A DNA stretch of 36,987 nt from a virus, in UHGV virus genome UHGV-0213290. The stretch is one strand, 5' to 3'. Below are positions 35,170 to 36,987 of the stretch, one piece after another. The first letter of the stretch is position 1; every line of letters starts with the position of its first letter. The notes under the pieces were generated by a model that was not told the origin of the DNA, did not search any database, and worked only from the letters and a program-made list of their open reading frames with translations. The position numbers were made by a program, and so were the translations under genes.

Positions 35170-35634
35170 TTATTTTTTGGTTAACTCGACCTTTTTTGTA
35201 GTTCCCATAGCGGACGCTTCATAACTAATCACACCGTCTTTGTATGTAAATTCTTTTGTATCGTCACTTGATGCTAGTAACGCCATCCCTGTTTTTTCTT
35301 TATCGTTTTCCGATGTCCATGCGTAATCGTTAGTTGGCTCGGTTGGCGCAACGTAAGTGCCAGCCCAGTAAAGTGATTTTGTATTTCCTCCATCAGACAC
35401 CCAATTTATTTCTATTACATCATCAGAAATCGTAGCTTCTTGATATGACCCTTCGACTTCTTCTGATTTCCATGTTCCAGTTAAATTCAAAGGCTCTTTC
35501 TTCTCTTCTTTCTGGTCTGTTGTTTCTTCTGTCTTTGTTTCGGTGTCTTTGGATGGTTCGGCATCCCCACCACATGCTGTAATTGATAATGCCATAATTC
35601 CCGCTAATAGCATTGCTACAATTTTCTTTTTCAT
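35170..35634 (-). CDS. Secreted lipoprotein (154 aa), candidate superinfection-exclusion factor
   Basis: Signal peptide MKKKIVAMLLAGIMALSITAC with lipobox (LSITAC), Lys/Glu/Thr-rich linker, beta-rich domain; lies between int and the repressor. Confidence 0.7.
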   Translation of the reverse strand: MKKKIVAMLLAGIMALSITACGGDAEPSKDTETKTEETTDQKEEKKEPLNLTGTWKSEEVEGSYQEATISDDVIEINWVSDGGNTKSLYWAGTYVAPTEPTNDYAWTSENDKEKTGMALLASSDDTKEFTYKDGVISYEASAMGTTKKVELTKK

Positions 35635-35762
35635 AGTTTCCTCACTTTCTTATGTACCTTAACACCACTTTACTCTATATAAACGCCGAAGCGGTTATAT
35701 CGTATTATTACCATTATTTACCTGTAGTTTCCAGATCTGGAATATACTACAATAAAACCACT

Positions 35763-35960
35763 ATGAAAATACTACTCGATAAGATCATGCTTAAGAAAAA
35801 TCTATCAGTCCGGCAAGTATCCATTGCGACCGGAATATCAAAATCAACGATTAACCGTATTGCAAACGGTGAAATATCACCGACAGCCGACACGCTGGAA
35901 TTGCTTGCCAAGGGCTTAAAAGTCCGAATTTCTGACCTTATCGACTCTCCATATCAATAA
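35763..35960 (+). CDS. Small XRE-family helix-turn-helix regulator (65 aa)
   Basis: LSVRQVSIATGISKSTINRIANGE is an HTH_3 motif; flanked by palindromes TTCCAGATCTGGAA and GTCCCAGATCTGGGAC; weak ribosome-binding site. Confidence 0.5.
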   Translation: MKILLDKIMLKKNLSVRQVSIATGISKSTINRIANGEISPTADTLELLAKGLKVRISDLIDSPYQ

Positions 35961-36157
35961 GTGTCCCAGATCTGGGACGATTGTCCATTTTCGCGTAAGT
36001 TTCCCGAATTTTAACTGTTTATTTAATAGAGGGCAAAAACATTGCCACAAAATAACAGAACAAATGTTCGGACAAAATATTGATTTTTGCTCTCCCGGAT
36101 AGTATTATATTACTAGGGATTTCGAACAAGTGTTTTTGCAGTTAGGAGGGACTCACA

Positions 36158-36268
36158 ATGGACGAATTAAATATCTTGTTATCCAAGCTTACCGGCAATG
36201 ATTATAAAATCATCCGGCAGCTTGTTTCGATATTACATAGGTATCTGGAGCGAAGAGGGAGACTTTAG
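36158..36268 (+). CDS. Small protein (36 aa), convergent with the repressor gene
   Basis: Strong ribosome-binding site TTAGGAGGG; putative promoter TTGATT-17-TATTAT at 36080-36108. Confidence 0.3.
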   Translation: MDELNILLSKLTGNDYKIIRQLVSILHRYLERRGRL

Positions 36269-36663
36269 TCTTCCCCTTTTTTATTCAATCCAGATCCTAC
36301 GCTTTTAAAATACTCTCTTATAACAAGTTTTGACTTCTCATCCATTTCCTGATATTTCTTCATCATTTCTATAATAATATCGTAAAAAGGATTTCCGACT
36401 CCGTCATATTCAAGTAAATCTTCTACGTAGTGTCCGATCTCGTCCGATGGCTGTTTAAACATTTCGCCGTTTCCAGACAACAGCCATTCTTCATTAACTC
36501 CATATTCTCTACATATAGCTTTAGCCATCTGATCTGTTATGGTTCGCTCTTCTTTTTCTATTCTAGAAATTGCAGTTTTCGTCACACCGAGTGGCTCTCC
36601 GAATTTCTCCAGAGTCAAATTTAACTGTTTTCTTAGATCAAAGACTCTTTTTCCGTAAGACAT
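36265..36663 (-). CDS. CI-like phage repressor (XRE-family helix-turn-helix plus C-terminal domain)
   Basis: N-terminal HTH_3 motif (LTLEKFGEPLGVTKTAISRIEKEER); divergent from a strong early promoter; ribosome-binding site GAAAGGCGGTGA. Confidence 0.75.
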   Translation of the reverse strand: MSYGKRVFDLRKQLNLTLEKFGEPLGVTKTAISRIEKEERTITDQMAKAICREYGVNEEWLLSGNGEMFKQPSDEIGHYVEDLLEYDGVGNPFYDIIIEMMKKYQEMDEKSKLVIREYFKSVGSGLNKKGED

Positions 36664-36686
36664 CTATTCACCGCCTTTCTGGTTAC

Positions 36687-36715
36687 ATTATATATCAGTA
36701 AAAACTCAAAGTCAA
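36687..36715 (-). promoter_or_regulatory. Consensus sigma-A promoter (TTGACT-17-TATAAT) for the repressor gene
   Basis: Minus strand reads TTGACTttgagtttttactgataTATAAT. Confidence 0.6.
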
Positions 36716-36747
36716 GAAAAAAAGTTACCAAAGGCAACAAAAAAGTG

Positions 36748-36776
36748 TTGACAAAGTTACCGTTGGTCAGTATAAT
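36748..36776 (+). promoter_or_regulatory. Consensus sigma-A early promoter (TTGACA-17-TATAAT), divergent from the repressor gene, with a GTTACC operator-like repeat in its spacer
   Basis: TTGACAaagttaccgttggtcagTATAAT; AAAGTTACCNNNGG repeated at 36721 and 36753; GGTTAC at 36681 and GTAACC at 36777. Confidence 0.65.
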
Positions 36777-36827
36777 GTAACCATAGACAACAAAACAACA
36801 ACACAAACACAAACCGAAAGCGAGGAA

Positions 36828-36987
36828 ATGAAAATGAAACGAGAAGTGATAGCAATTGAAAAGCATTTATACGAAAACAAAAACCATACAGTTAGAACGG
36901 AATATCAAGTTTACTATGAGCCACGTATTTACAATATAAAAGCACCGTCACAATTAACTAAAAGAGAGAAAGTGGCTTTCAAGGAAA
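36828..36987 (+). CDS. First early gene downstream of the early promoter (3'-truncated at the window edge), hypothetical
   Basis: Ribosome-binding site GAGGAAATGA; ATG at 36828 or 36834; runs to the end of the window. Confidence 0.45.
   Translation, partial: MKMKREVIAIEKHLYENKNHTVRTEYQVYYEPRIYNIKAPSQLTKREKVAFKE

Larger units (their letters stand above)
1..36987. mobile_element. Temperate siphovirus-like phage or prophage genome; the window looks circularly permuted, with early genes at the left, late genes in the middle, and integrase, repressor and early promoter at the right
   Basis: Contiguous phage modules: terminase, portal, capsid, tape measure, lysis cassette, serine integrase, CI-like repressor, antirepressor, recombination and replication genes. 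Confidence 0.85.

Noticed and set aside
1-36987. CRISPR array or other regular repeat-spacer structure
   Set aside because: No periodic direct repeats of 25-40 bp were seen anywhere in the window.

Overview
The window reads as a nearly complete temperate siphovirus-type phage or prophage genome from a low-GC Firmicute (Clostridia/Lachnospiraceae-like codon usage and GGAGG ribosome-binding sites). From left to right on the + strand it carries: (1) an early/replication module (antirepressor, Gp157-like protein, Rad52-family annealing protein, NinB/Orf, RusA, replisome organizer, PAPS-reductase-like Fe-S protein, many small ORFs); (2) a sigma-region-4-like late activator, a terminator, a tRNA-Asn(GTT) plus a degenerate tRNA remnant; (3) a packaging, head and tail module (TerS, PBSX-type TerL, portal, head morphogenesis protein, scaffold, major capsid, connectors, major tail protein, chaperone plus Gp15, tape measure, extended Dit, collagen-repeat Tal); (4) a lysis cassette (XhlA, holin, Amidase_2 endolysin). 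After lysis the coding strand flips. Here a strong sigma-A promoter drives a minus-strand three-gene operon ending in a small XRE helix-turn-helix (HTH) gene, which I flag as a candidate anti-CRISPR/anti-defence (acr-aca-like) locus. Next comes a large serine integrase with a 50-bp attP-like palindrome 5 bp past its stop codon. Then a lysogeny module: a PH-domain protein, a secreted lipoprotein that is a candidate superinfection-exclusion factor, a small XRE gene flanked by CCAGATCTGG palindromes, and a CI-like repressor with perfect divergent promoters and repeated GTTACC operator-like motifs. Integrase, repressor and early promoter at the right edge, together with early genes at the left edge, suggest a circularly permuted phage genome with an intact attP. 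All calls come from reading the six-frame translations and the DNA by eye; no database searches were run.
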